The notes below the pieces were generated by a model, which did not search any database, was not told the DNA's origin, and saw only the letters and a program-made list of their open reading frames with translations. Positions 12,522 through 25,749 of a stretch of 64,000 nt of DNA are shown piece by piece (within the stretch, counting starts at the first letter, position 1; each line of letters begins with the position of its first letter). This stretch comes from Balanoglossus misakiensis. Taxonomy: Eukaryota > Animalia > Hemichordata. Both the position numbers and the translations under genes were made by a program. The stretch is taken from positions 2,710,831 through 2,774,830 of the forward strand of contig CM082578.2 of assembly GCA_040954595.2 (NCBI GenBank). The letters are read 5' to 3'.

Positions 12522-12985
12522 ATGAGGTTGCTGTTTGTCGTATCTGCTCTGGTCATCGTGTATCGTGGCCTCGAAGCCGGGCATCCATTCCGTTCTCAGC
12601 CATGGGTTTGTTCCTCTGCCCAAATCACGGCTTACAACGACGCCATATACGATATTGTCTTAACGCACGGCGTGGAGCGTTTCGACGAGATCATGATGCT
12701 ACCCGACATATTGGAAAATGAGGATCCGATTCACACGACCAGGTTTTTGAAAGTTGTCGGCAGTTACATCGGACCAACAAATACATTCCGAGCCGTGGAC
12801 ATTGTGATTGACAAGTTGGACACACTGACAAGCCTGGTAAAGCAAAATAAGATCTTAAAAACACAATTATGGATAATATTTTCCCAGGCATTCCTAACGA
12901 GTGTGGTGGAGTAATCGAAGACGAGTGCATAGTAACCAGACAAGTATATAATTTTAGCGATTGTATGTCTGATACTTGAAAGGCG
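12522..12985 (+). pseudogene. Unrecognised secreted protein, copy 2; truncated after a degenerate second exon
   Basis: Exon 12522-12836 (MRLLFVVSALVIV..HPFRSQPWVC..FLKVVGSYIGPTN..DKLDT) is colinear with 3614-3934, with the same donor position; short intron to AG at ~12888; next exon is frameshifted/stopped; followed by the inverted SLC22 fragment. Confidence 0.7.
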
Positions 12986-13046
12986 AGGTGGTCAATATCG
13001 CATCGATGGCATTTCACAGACGAGTAGCCTAGCACTGGAAGATTCA

Positions 13047-14167
13047 ATGAATTAGTCATACCTGTAAGAAGAAATAATATGCAAACAATGGAAAACTGTC
13101 TCAGTTCTGTCATTGAAATGACTTGTAATTGATTACCTCATTCCCATAATCCATTGGGTGTATTTTATCGTCACTGAAATCATCATAAGAAGACTTGTTC
13201 CATCTTGCCATTTTCTCAAGTATTCTTCTTGCTTCCTCGTCATAACCTTTCTGTATTGACCATCGTGGCGATTCTTCTATTATCCTAAATTGAATCAATG
13301 TTACACAGCCCTTGTTAACATTCTGAAAACCAACAGTCACCTGTAGCAGCAAGAAAGCGCGCGTGTTGTGGTTATCTTCTACGAATAAGAACCCAAAGCT
13401 TTGATATGACAACCCTATATCTGTTTACCTTTCCTGTTTATATACCCCTATAATAATTTAATATTGAACACCTCTTGCCTGACCATGAGGGCCATAGCTG
13501 CTATGGCCCGAATATAGGCCAGACCATAGGTGTTTTATAATAAACCTCATGCACGTTGGTCACCTGACCGGTTTATATTTTTTCTGCTATTTCCCTAGGG
13601 ATTCATAGTCGATTCAATTTTCCCATCACGTGACGGATTCTGGCGAATCACGACACAGTATTAGCATGAGGTATATTATAAATGAATTTATGAGGACATT
13701 GGCAGTGCACGTGTTAATATTCGATGTAACCACAATACTTACCAGTAGTAGGGAATATATATAAGACTGAGTAAGCTTATGGCCAGTTGTATTTTCCACC
13801 AGTCACCCTCTGCATACACGGAGATGCCCCCTGTTAATAAAGCGCCTAGAAGCATGCTAACATTACAAATAACGATAGAGAGAGGTCTGTATGTACTGGA
13901 GACAAGTTCTGCAGCTGTGGGGAAAAACACGGGTTCAGTTATCACTACGGGGGATATGAGAGTATTTGGCGATAAATTCAATATCCCTCGCTATCGGTGA
14001 GAATCGAACGACACATCACTTTCCCCGCCATCAATGTGCGATAAATGTATTTTCTTAAATTACATCTGTGATAAATAGAAATCTGGCTTCCAGTCGCTGA
14101 ACAATATTTTCTCGCTATCTAATTGCGAGAAATAAAGTATTGTCACATTTGATGTGCGAGAATATTC
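13047..14167 (-). pseudogene. Inverted partial duplicate of the SLC22 gene (exons 4 and 5)
   Basis: Reverse complement of ~17414-18326; exon 4 at 13743-13914, exon 5 at 13137-13284 (ESPRW motif). Confidence 0.92.
13458..13675. mobile_element. ~215-bp insertion with paired internal inverted repeats (Crypton-like)
   Basis: Absent from the homologous intron at ~17905-17920; AACACCT..AGGTGTT and ACCTCATGC..GCATGAGGT pairs; AT-rich target. Confidence 0.6.
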
Positions 14168-14802
14168 CAGCTGGAAGTGAGCTCTCTATCGAGCGATAGA
14201 GGGCGCCTCGAACGACTGTGTTCCAGTGAGGGCCTGTCATGTCAGAGCCCATGAAGTACGTTTGGGCTAGAATTCCTTGGAGACCCTCAACTGAACACCC
14301 CTTCAGTTAAGGGACCCTAATTGCTTTAAGAACATCAAAATATTTGTCAGGGAGTCATAGTGAGGTTTAAGTTTTTTGTGACAAGTATATATTATTTCCC
14401 CTGACAATAACCATGTATTTAGGAGGAGCCTGAATCTTTTGTTTGATCGATTAACTATAAGGATATTGCCTCATTTTCCGCTCGTTATCATTTCTACAAC
14501 CATAATAACGTTATGAAATCTTGCAACTTTTGTGGGATTGTCACCAAAAAGTTTCCGATATGAAAGTTCTGCAATGAACACAGGAAGAGGTGGGTCGTGG
14601 GTTGGTTAGTTCGCGACTTTTTGTCCTTAGGTTAAATGGACGGCCGGGAGTATATAGTTACGAGTTGCTATTCCCTCAAAATGACAATTGGATAAAACCG
14701 TGTTGTCGTTCCTTGTGGTAATTCAAACCAGTGACCATTTCCAATCGATGACAAGTGTCCAAAGTATGATCACATCACGTCCTTCAAATTTAGGCTTGTT
14801 AT

Positions 14803-15109
14803 TAGACTTGCTCCAAGTCCATGGGCTTCGTTATTTCGTAATATATACATTTTAAAAAAATGTTCCGAGTCTCCCTATGTAATGTGTGTGTGTGGAGTAA
14901 AAAAAGTTCAGCGCGCGTGTCTAGGAAATGCGTAGGCCGAAACCATGAGCTCAGTCCCAAATTCGAAACTCGCCTCACTACCAGAATTAAACTCGCTCAA
15001 GCATGCACACAAAAAGTATTGAGATTATTTATAAAGACAAAAAATCACCGCAAACACACACAAAGCATTGAGATTCCAAAATTCCCCAACCGACTAGCGG
15101 GCTAGTCTA
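14803..15109. mobile_element. AcademH-type MITE upstream of SLC22
   Basis: TAGACT..AGTCTA termini; 9-bp TSD GCTTGTTAT/GCTTGTCAT; empty site with a single GCTTGTCAT in the duplicate at ~22397. Confidence 0.8.
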
Positions 15110-15320
15110 GCTTGTCATGACAAGCATCACGACACAGCAACCAAAATAGTCATTATCATCACTCAAAACTGACAGGGCTTCATGTTTTTGTCAACCGATG
15201 ACGAATCGATCTCGACAATATTACGATGTGCACCATCACCATCACCTCCACTCCGTTTATTCGTGATCAAAAGAAGCATGACTCCATGCAATGAAACGGC
15301 ATAGGGCCTCAGTGTTCATC

Positions 15321-18300
15321 ATGGAATATGAGAGCATTGTGGGGAAAATTGGTGATTTTGGGAGGTTCCAACAAATACAACTGTTCTTTATTCTTCTTTC
15401 CATGATTCCGTATTCAACATATTTTTTCGCAAATACGTTTTACTATGCGTCAACGGATTATTATTGTCGAACACACGAAAACCAATTCTTCCAGATGGAT
15501 TCCGTTTGGAAAAACTGCACCATTCCACTGAAAGAAGAAAGGGGAAAGCTGGTTTGGGATTCCTGCTTCAGATATCAGATGAACGGTACCACAATGTCGT
15601 CAGTTAACAGAACTTTCTCGTGTCCAGCGAATAGGAACTTTATCAGAGCGTGTGACGACGGTTGGGTGCATGATAGATCATTGTTTTCAAATACACAAGT
15701 TATGCAGGTAAACATTTCAACTTTTCTACACTGATTCTGTATCAAAGCGAATTTTGAAATCGGCAGAAACGTCTCATGATGTCACAGGCAATAATTAACA
15801 AGGACATTTTATCACGATCTAGCTTATTCGGTTTAGTGAAGCCAATGTTGCATACAACAAGTGGTTATGCGATATTTAAAAAAAAAAACTGCGGTTGATG
15901 GGGAATTCTATTTGGATCGCTTACATCTAGATAGAGTTGGTAACTCAGTTATGTAGAAACTTAAAAGAATTCAGTGTATACCTGGAAGTACAACTGTATA
16001 GCTAGTTAGCATTTATTAACATTTTTGCCCATACTTTTGCGTACTTAGTTTGATTTAGTGTGTGATCAAGGATGGCAGAGACAGCTGTCTAAATCACTCG
16101 GTGGATTGGGTTTGATGATTGGCTCTGTTGTCTTTGGACAGCTTGCAGACGTGTAAGTAATAGTATCGTGTAACAGCCTTTAGCGGAAGGTGGTATTTAT
16201 GCTCATTGTTATAGTAGTGGTCTGCATGGTTATCACATTCCGTGGCTTCACATGTAGAATTGTGAGAAAACAGTGTTGAAAAATTGTCTTTTTCTTGAAA
16301 TGTTCACTAAAGACCCGACCGAGAAGTATTAAATTGCATAAAGAAATAGAAAAAACTATAGCGTTATACATGTAACAGTGTGACAAAATAATTGAGATTG
16401 AAACACCATTTTCTCTCTATTTCGTGATAAAACTTCATTGATACACAATATATATGACAATCGGGAAAATGACATTCTAAATTTGGAGGTACTATAATTA
16501 AAGAACAACACTTTCCCTTACTGGGCATCTTTCTGGTGGGTTCATTCTTAAGTTGTTTTTTTTATGGACAGTGGCTGATAGATTCTTCCACGTTATATTT
16601 TGTAGGTATGGTAGAAAGGTGTGTTTATATACCAGCTACATTGCCGGAATCGTTTTGAATTTCATAATGACATTTATAGTATCGTTCCCCTTGTTTGTAA
16701 CTGTTCAGTTTGTTATGATTATACTGACCGCTTCAGGATGGAACGTTGCCACTGTACTAGGTGAGACAACGGTCATTAAAGGGACAGGGTCTCTCTCTTC
16801 TTCCCCATTTTCCATTAATTATGTTTGATACATGGCATCATGTATGGTGTATATGAAGTAAATCAACGTTCGATCACACACAACTTCCATCCCACTTGTG
16901 TACACGAGTGAAAATCTCACCAAAATGAATAATCGGTCTCTACCATTTATTCATTTTGGCGAGGTTTTTTGCTCATAAATCCAACAAATGGGATGAAATG
17001 TGTGTGTTGTCAAACATTGATTCGCTATATATCCACATGTAGAATAACATAAACAGTGTCTTGTATCAAACACAAATAACGGAAAAAGGCTACGAGAGAG
17101 AAACTTTGCCCCTTTAATACAATTTTACCATTTACTAGTATACATGTGATAAGAATATAGCGGGAATCTACGCAGCGAATCGGATACATACTCGGATATC
17201 GAGACAATAACACTGTAATACTTGTTATAGATGCCATGTAGTTAATGGCATTGTTGTGAAAATACGGAATATGAGATGATAACTAATTGAATACTTGTGT
17301 AAACAATCAGAAACAATCTGCTGAAAAGGACTATTCCCCCAAATTACTGCAAGAAATATAGTTCCCATAATCTCCACAGATGTGAACTAAACTTGGGGCT
17401 GTGACACAACCAAGAATATTCTCGCACATCAAATGTGACAATACTTTATTTCTCGCAAATAGATAGCGAGGAAATATTGTTCAGCGACTGGAAGCAAGAT
17501 TTCTATTCATCGCAGATGTAGGCCTATTTTAAGAAAATACATTTCTCGCACATTTATGGCGGGGAAAGTGATGTGCCGTTCGATTCTCACCGATAGCGAG
17601 GGATATTGCATTTATCGCCAAATTCTCTCATATCCCCCGTAGTGATAACTGAACCCGTGTTTTTCCCCACAGCTGCAGAACTTGTCTCCAGTACATACAG
17701 ACCTCTCTCTATCGCTATTTGTAATGTTGGCATGCTTCTAGGGGCTTTACTAACAGGGGGCATCTCCGTGTATGCAGGGGGAGACTGGTGGAAGATACAA
17801 CTAGCCATAAGCTTACTCAGTCTTATATATATTCCCTACTACTGGTAAGTATTGTGGGTATTTCGCGAATATTAACAAATGCACTGCCAATGATCTCATA
17901 AATGAATATATAATATATTATTATAGGGATATATAAACAGGAAAGGTAAACAGAGAAAGCGGTTGTCATATCGAAGTTTTGGGTTCTTATTCGTAGCAGA
18001 TAACCACAACGTACACGCTTTCTTGCTGCTACAGGTTACTGTTGGTTTTCAGAATGTTAACAAGGGCTGTGTAACATTGATTCAATTTAGGATAATAGAA
18101 GAATCGCCACGATGGTTAATACAGAAAGGTTATGACGAAGAAGCAAAGAGAATACTTGAGAAAATGGCAAGATGGAACAAGTCTTCTTATGATGATTTCA
18201 GTGACGATAAAATACACCCAATGGATGATGGGAATGAGGTAATCAATTACAAGTCATTTCATTGACAGAACTGTTATAGTTTTCCATTGTTTGCATATTA

Positions 18301-21112
18301 TTTCTTCTTACATGTATGACTAGTTCTCTTGGTTGGACTCTGGTAACAATAAGGCAACTTTAACTCAATTTTGTCTGACCGCGGTCGCTCAACCGTGAGT
18401 CTGACCTTGGGTTGACATAATTCCCAAGAATAAAATTAGCATTTGTATACAGCAACTACATGTATATATGTGATAACGTAAAATCCAGATATTAAACGAA
18501 AATTAAGTCGTTTTGATCACACGGAAATCTTGTTACCGCTTTATAGGAAAGAGGTAAACAAAACCGGCCACTGGTTGACATATTCCAAACACCTGGACTC
18601 CGTGCATGGGTCATTAACTTATGTTACAACGGGTAAGAAATCCATAGATCGTTGCAGATTTTATTTTCGGTTGAATTTAATGTGCCTTTTCATAGTCGAT
18701 ACCGCCTTTAAACGAACAGCAACACTCATGTGTGTATGGCCCTCTGAGTAACTTTGTTTAAATGGGGCAATCTTGGTTTGCAAAGTAAATGATGGAAATA
18801 ATGAAATCATAAAACAGAGACAAAAGTTTACACTTTGATGATAATGGTGTGCTTTATTGTTATTTGTTCTATGCGGATTGTAGTACACCTTATCAGGCGT
18901 GAATGTCATAATACAGTTCAGGAGTTAACACAGAGAAACTCTTTTTAGTTATAACACTGAAGGGAATCATTGAAGAGAGTGTAAAATGCACCAATAGCGG
19001 ATCAAGGGACGCCATGAAAGTGTGTAAAGTGTGTGTGTGTGTGGGGGGAGAATTGGGCCTTGGCCGTCTATCACTTCTTTTGCTACTTTTGTTGCACAAC
19101 ATGATATTCATCCGCCATACTTGTCTCCTAATTTTCATTGGCCCACAGGTTTGCCGACTTACTGATGTATTATGGCCTGGCTTTGAATGCGGATTACTTT
19201 TCAAAGAATCCATATCTGCTCTACTTCGTGATAACATTGGCTGACTTGCCCGCCATAGTCTTCGTTTTGTTTACACTCCATTTCTTTTCTCGTCGATGGC
19301 AACTTTCAATCGCCATGGTTATCTCCGGTGTTTCGTGGATAACTTCGGGTTTTATTACTGGTAGGTATTATTTTAAAACATTACGTAATGACAATAATTT
19401 CGACCAACTTGGGATTTTCTTATTTTTGTACTCCAAATTGAATGTGATAGTCAATATATCCCATATTTTCTTAGTTCTGCCAAAAACACGTGAGAATGAT
19501 TCGACATCAAACCTTCGTGCGCATGCATGTGTGAGCCATGGCAAGATACATGTACATCACATCACTAAAGGGATCTGACTCCTGGGAAGTCGGCATTGTT
19601 AATGATGTACAAATTCATGACAAATTACATATCAGTTCGAAAATCTTGGGAGATTTTGAGGTGACACCTTGTGCCCGCTACCAGAAATTTTAACCAGTTC
19701 ATAATTTTTTCACAAACGGAAGCATAGTACGTTTAAGGGCTAAACTGTTGGGCTACAGTCCAGTCAGGTATCAACTACAATGTCGCTGATTCGAATGGCT
19801 GATTGAACCAACCAGGGAAAACATACTGAGTCATGGCCAATGCACAGCCCACTCACTGCTTGGAAGCCTGCAACAACAAAATACCAGTAGGCAGTTACTA
19901 CTATTAGATACAAATGATGTGGAGAACATAACTAAATCCAATTAAAAGCCCGTTTCTTTCACTTTATGCTTTATTACAATTTATTACCATTTTTTTCTGC
20001 AGACGACACTGAATGGTTGAAGTTGTTGCTTCTGGTAGTGGCAAAATTTGGCTCATCTGCTGCAGGTGTTATGGCTGTTGTCACAGCCAACGGGGTGCTT
20101 CCCACACCCTTAAGGTAGATGGCTAATAGCCTGTTATTGTTTTCTTGAAACAGAAATGAGTACATGTTGTAAGGTTGAATATAAGTTACTTGTGGTGATT
20201 TCACTCGTGTCTATATTTGACAACAGCAAACCGCGTCCCCGTTCTGTTATTGACTGAACGTGAAATGAGATACAAAACTATTAAGAATGTCACAAATCTG
20301 TTTGAAACACGGCCCTATTGTAATGTGTAATTTGTATAGGTATGAATGCTAACATACAAGGGTTATTGCGAAAATAAACTGTCAATCAATAGTTTCATGC
20401 GATAAAGTATTTTACATCAGGGTTTTACATAGTTACCCATTATGTGTAACGACCTGAAGCGAAACGTAGTACAAAAACTATTATTTTTACTATTTCACTC
20501 GGTAATATCTTATCACATTCTATGTTGGGCGAGGTTTGTAGTCTAAGAGTTAACATCAACATCAGACGTCATTGAACTTCATCTTCATACAATGCAAATT
20601 TTGACATCAAGCGTTTCTTTAGACACGATTCATTCCAATGTTTACTAACTGCCAGCAACTGCGACAAATACATCTGCATTTTTACCTCAGCGAAGACACA
20701 TTTCGTTTCAGAAATACTGGGATGGGACTGATCAATCTATGGCACGGATTCTCTGGCATAGTTGCACCGTATATCATATTATTAAAATATAGGTGTTACA
20801 TTTGCACGTATATACACCATTGTCGGCAGCATAGCTATCACATCGGGTCTTCTCGTATTACTTCTGCCAGAAACGTTTAAGAAAAAATTACCAGAAACGC
20901 TACAAGATCTGGAAACCATGAAATCGTGAGTATCATTCATGTTCATCATATTATCATGGTTTCCCAAGGCTCGTATCAGCTTACTGTTCCTAATTCTATT
21001 CTGGTTTTATTTCAGATCCAACTGTATTCTTAATAATCCCAAGAGAAATTTGGAAACCGTGACACTATTGAATCGGGACGGCAGACAGGACAACATAATT
21101 CTGTACCAATAA
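15321..21112 (+). CDS. SLC22: SLC22 family organic cation/carnitine transporter-like MFS protein, 10 exons, frameshift in exon 9
   Basis: Exons 15321-15707, 16049-16152, 16606-16760, 17673-17844, 18091-18238, 18547-18632, 19149-19360, 20003-20114, 20712-20925, 21016-21112, all GT-AG and phase-compatible; motifs IGDFGRFQ, FDLVCD, LAD.YGRK, EESPRWL, DIFQTPGLR, YYGL, LPT.LRNTGMG, LLPET..K.LPET; 104/155/172-bp exons match the SLC22 pattern. Confidence 0.93.
16780..17113. mobile_element. Kolobok MITE family 1 in SLC22 intron 3
   Basis: TTAA-AGGGAC..GCCCCT-TTAA; empty site GGTCATTTATAC in the duplicate at ~24040. Confidence 0.88.
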
Positions 21113-22108
21113 CAACTGAGATTGGTCTTTGCTTATTCTCATATTAAACTACTGATTGTTCGTACGCCAGATTACTTCTTGTAAATATACAGCCGAGAGG
21201 GCCATGTAAATTCGACTCATTAACTACCGACGCCACATGCACATTATGAAGTTCATGATCAAACCCGAGACTGTCACACATCCAACACAATGAATCGAGA
21301 ATAGCCGTAAATATATAGACAGCTGGTGTAACAGTCAAATGAATGAAAGGTTGTAGGGTTTCTAATGTCTTGAAATACGAAGATTTCGATCGATGCTCAT
21401 TAATTAATTTATCATTAATTATTCGTGTATTTCTAATTATAAAGTGACGCCTTTCATCAACCTGTCAGAATGCGGCACAATTGTAAATAGTCTCATCGTC
21501 AAGCATGTCAAGACAAAATGAAGACTTGTGAGTCATGAGGCCAAATACCACAGAATTCTAAATAGCTGCAACGAACACCAAACTGGCAACACCGTTATCT
21601 GGCGACACGTTATCTCTAAAAGTGTAACAACGTCTCAATTTAGTAGACACAGAGGCGCGACCCCCATCCCAATTGAGCAGTTGAAGTTGTGCGTGTTGAG
21701 AGACACGTGAACAGAAAGGGGTAGAAGATTCGAGCACGGACGACGAGAGTTGTTCCTGTAATAAACGAAAACATATCCTAGTTTGATCGGTACACTTATG
21801 TAAAGACTGTGAATATGTCAAATAATTGCAATGACGACGCTGTAACTCTCAAAACAGTCTTCCTTCAAGTTGGTACATGTGACTAGCTATAAGGACATGT
21901 ATTCATACGTGCGAAGCTTTATTGAATATGCAAATTATTAATTGACAATATATCTTTCAGAACAGTCAATATTTGTGAGATTAAAATTTATAAATCCAAC
22001 TTTTCATGATATTTGGTCGATTACTCTGGTTTTATGTCTCTAATTGTGAAAATTGGCATGTTTTGATTAAAGAAGACTACATGGCCTAATCATCTCAGTG
22101 GTTGAATC

Positions 22109-24339
22109 CGTTTGGGCTAGAATTCCTTGGAGACCCTCCATTGAACACCCCTTCAGTTAAGGGACACTAATTGCTTTTAGAACATCAAAATATTTGTCAG
22201 GGAGTCATAGTGACGTTTAAGTTTTTTGTGTATTATTATTTCCCCTGACAATAACCAGGTATTTAGGTGGAGTCTAAACCTTTTGTTTGATCGATTAACT
22301 ATAAGAAAATTGCCTCATTTTCCGCTCTTTATCATCTCTACAACCACAATAACGATCCAAAGTATATCACATCACGTCCTTCAAATTTAGGCCTAGGCTT
22401 GTCATGACAAGCATCGTGAAACACAGCAACCAAAATAGTCATTATCATCACTCAAAACTGACAGGGCTTCATGTTTTTGTCAACCGATGACAAATCGATC
22501 TCGACAATATTACGATGTGCACCATCACCTCCCCTCCGTTTATTCGTGATCAAAAGAAGCATGACTCCATGCAATGAAACGGCATAGGGCCTCAGTGTTC
22601 ATCATGGAATATGAGAGCATTGTGGGGAAAATTGGTGATTTTGGGAGGTTCCAACAAATACAACTGTTCTTTATTCTTCTTTCCATGATTCCGTATTCAA
22701 CATATTTTTTCGCAAATACGTTTTACTATGCGTCAACGGATTATTATTGTCGAACACACGAAAACCAATTCTTCCAGATGGATTCCGTTTGGAAAAACTG
22801 CACCATTCCACTGAAAGAAGAAAGGGGAATGCTGGTTTGGGATTCCTGCTTCAGATATCAGATGAACGGTACCACAATGTCGTCAGTTAACAGAACTTTC
22901 TCGTGTCCAGCGAATAGGAACTTTATCAGAGCGTGTGACGACGGTTGGGTGCATGATAGATCATTGTTTTCAAATACACAAGTTATGCAGGTAAACATTT
23001 CAACTTTTCTACACTGATTCTGTATCAAAGCGAATTTTTGAAATCGGCAGAAACGTCTCATGATGTCACAGGCAATAATTAACAAGGACATTTTATCACG
23101 ATCTAGCTTATTCGGTTTAGTGAAGCCAATGCTGCATATAACAAGTGGTAAATGCGATATTTTTAAAAAACCTGCGGTTGATGGGGAATTCTATTTGGAT
23201 CGCTTACATCTAGATAGAGTTGGTAACTCAGTAGAAACTTAAAATAATTCTGCGTATACCTGGAAGTATAGCTAGTTAGCATTTATTAACATTTTTGCCC
23301 ATACTTTTGCGTACTTAGTTTGATTTAGTGTGTGATCAAGGATGGCAGAGACAGCTGTCTAAATCACTCGGTGGATTGGGTTTGATGATTGGCTCTGTTG
23401 TCTTTGGCCATCTTGCAGACGTGCAAGTAATAGTATCGTGTAACAGCCTTTAGCGGAAGGTGGTATTTATGCTCATTGTTATAGTAGTGGTTTGCATGGT
23501 TATCACACTCCACATGTAGAATTGTGAGAAAACGGTGTTGCAAAATTGTCATTTTCTTGAAATTTTCACTAAAGACCCGACCGAGAAGTATTAAATTGCA
23601 TAAAGAAATAGAAAAAATATAGCGTTATAACAGTGTGAAAAAATAATTGAGATTGAAACACCATTTTCTCTCTATTTCGTATTAAAATTTCGTTGATACA
23701 CAATATATATAACAATCGGGAAAATGACATTCTAAATTTGGAGGTACTATAATAATTAAAGAACAACACTTTCCCTTGGGGGCCTTGCTGGGCATCTTTC
23801 TGGTGGGTTCATTCTTAAGTTGTTTTTTTATGGACAGTGGCTGATAGATTCTTCCACGTTATATTTTGTAGGTATGGTAGAAAGGTGTGTTTATATACCA
23901 GCTACATTGCCGGAATCGTTTTGAATTTCATAATGACATTTATAGTATTGTTCCCCTTGTTTGTAACTGTACAGTTTGTTATGATAATACTGACCGCTTC
24001 AGGATGGAACGATGCCACTGTACTAGGTGAGACAACGGTCATTTATACAATTTTACCATTTACTAGTATACATGTTATAAGAATACAACGGGAATCTACG
24101 GAGCAAATCGGATACATACTCTGATATTGAGACCACAATAACACAATAATACTTGTTATAAATGCCATGAAGTTAATAACATTGTTGTTAAAATACGAAA
24201 TATGAGATGATAACTTATTGAATACTTTTGTAATCAATCAGAAACAATCTACTAAAAACTATTCCCCAAATTACTGCATGAAATATAGTTCCCATAATCT
24301 CCACAGCTGTGCACTAAACTTGGGGCTGTGACACAACCA
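22109..24339 (+). pseudogene. Direct partial duplicate of the SLC22 gene (upstream region and exons 1-3)
   Basis: Homologous to 14259-17411; exons 22604-22990, 23319-23422 (donor GC instead of GT), 23872-24026; no downstream exons found on the + strand. Confidence 0.9.
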
Positions 24340-24599
24340 TTACAGATTCTCCTGTATCCATTGTATCTCAGTTGCATTGAAAGGCAAAATCTGCCGCTGA
24401 AATCAAAAGCATACAGCGATGAGGTTAAACTGAAAGTCATTGAGCAGCGTCTTGGTAAAAACTGTTGATCCTTTGTAAATCGGGACACACACAAAGAATT
24501 ACCACACCAATTTGGATTGAATTAAACGCAATCCCGAGAGGTTTTCAAGAAAAAAAAAACACTTAGAAAACGTCAAAATGTTTTTGAAACTACAATGAA

Positions 24600-24910
24600 T
24601 TTTATTTACATTTGTAAACACGGTACAGAGTGCCAGGATTATATTCATCGACTTCAGTTCTTCTTTCAACACCACTTAGCGTCACATTATGATAGACATA
24701 TCATTGCAGGTAGGTGCACCATGCACCTGCAATAGTTTATTGGGTTTATAACTTCCTAACTGACAGACCATAATATGAGAGAGTAGGGGAGGCCTATCTA
24801 CTGTGGTCTTCACCAACACCAGTGCCCCCAAGGCTGTGTCTTCAGGCTTAGCCCATTTTCGTTCATTTTCTATACAAATGATTGCCAGAGTAGCTGACCA
24901 GATGTCTTGA
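24600..24910 (+). mobile_element. Degraded Rex1/Babar-type LINE reverse-transcriptase relic
   Basis: Broken frames give RIIFIDFSSSFNT, WVYNFLTDRP, NT..PQGCV, YTNDC. Confidence 0.75.
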
Positions 24911-25749
24911 TGGCCCGGCGCCTGCTTAGTGAGAACTCAGAATTTTATAATTATACAATTATGATTTAAGTCCGAATTGTATTGTTTGGTCAATTACCTC
25001 GGTATGCCTGATTCTTGATGTTTGTAAAAACCATAAACAACCTTGTTTATTTGGATAGATTTTATGGGACCAAGAAGGTGGAAACTTAACATGGTCCTTT
25101 GTGGTAGACGCACATTATACACATTGGACTAATATAGAGAGAGGGTAACACTTATTAAATTTTCTGCTGCTGGGAGAGATCTGCATTTAACATGACTGAT
25201 TGACCCCAATTTATCGTGCCTTCGCCCCTCAGAATAAATGAAAGCTTTGTTACAGCATGGAGGTACTCTCTAGTACCTCCACTGTTACAGCAACCAATTC
25301 TCCCAACCTTAAATAGGTTTTAAGCTACCTAAGTGAGTGATGAAAATCTCATATGGTCAACACAATTTCAAGATGGCCGATTTTTGCCATGTTTAAAAAA
25401 TGGCAGTTCATGAGCCCAAGTGATGATGGGTCATTCTGAAACTTTTTAACATAAAAAATAACAAAATGTGAAAAAAGCTAAAATGAGTTGCTAACTACAA
25501 AAACGGACATGTTTGACCAAAGGAAGTCATGAAATACAGTAAACATATCATTTCTTCTAACTCTTACTACAGTGGGTTGTCGACTTTTTGCCCAGAATGC
25601 AATGTGATTTGACCCCCCTAGTGAAGTGAAATCCTATTTAAGGCAGCCAGAATTCATATTACCCCTCCAGTCAGTGCAGATATAAGACCACACATTTAAA
25701 AAATATATTTTTTTTTATTTTTTTTATAATAAGTGTACACATCTGCATT

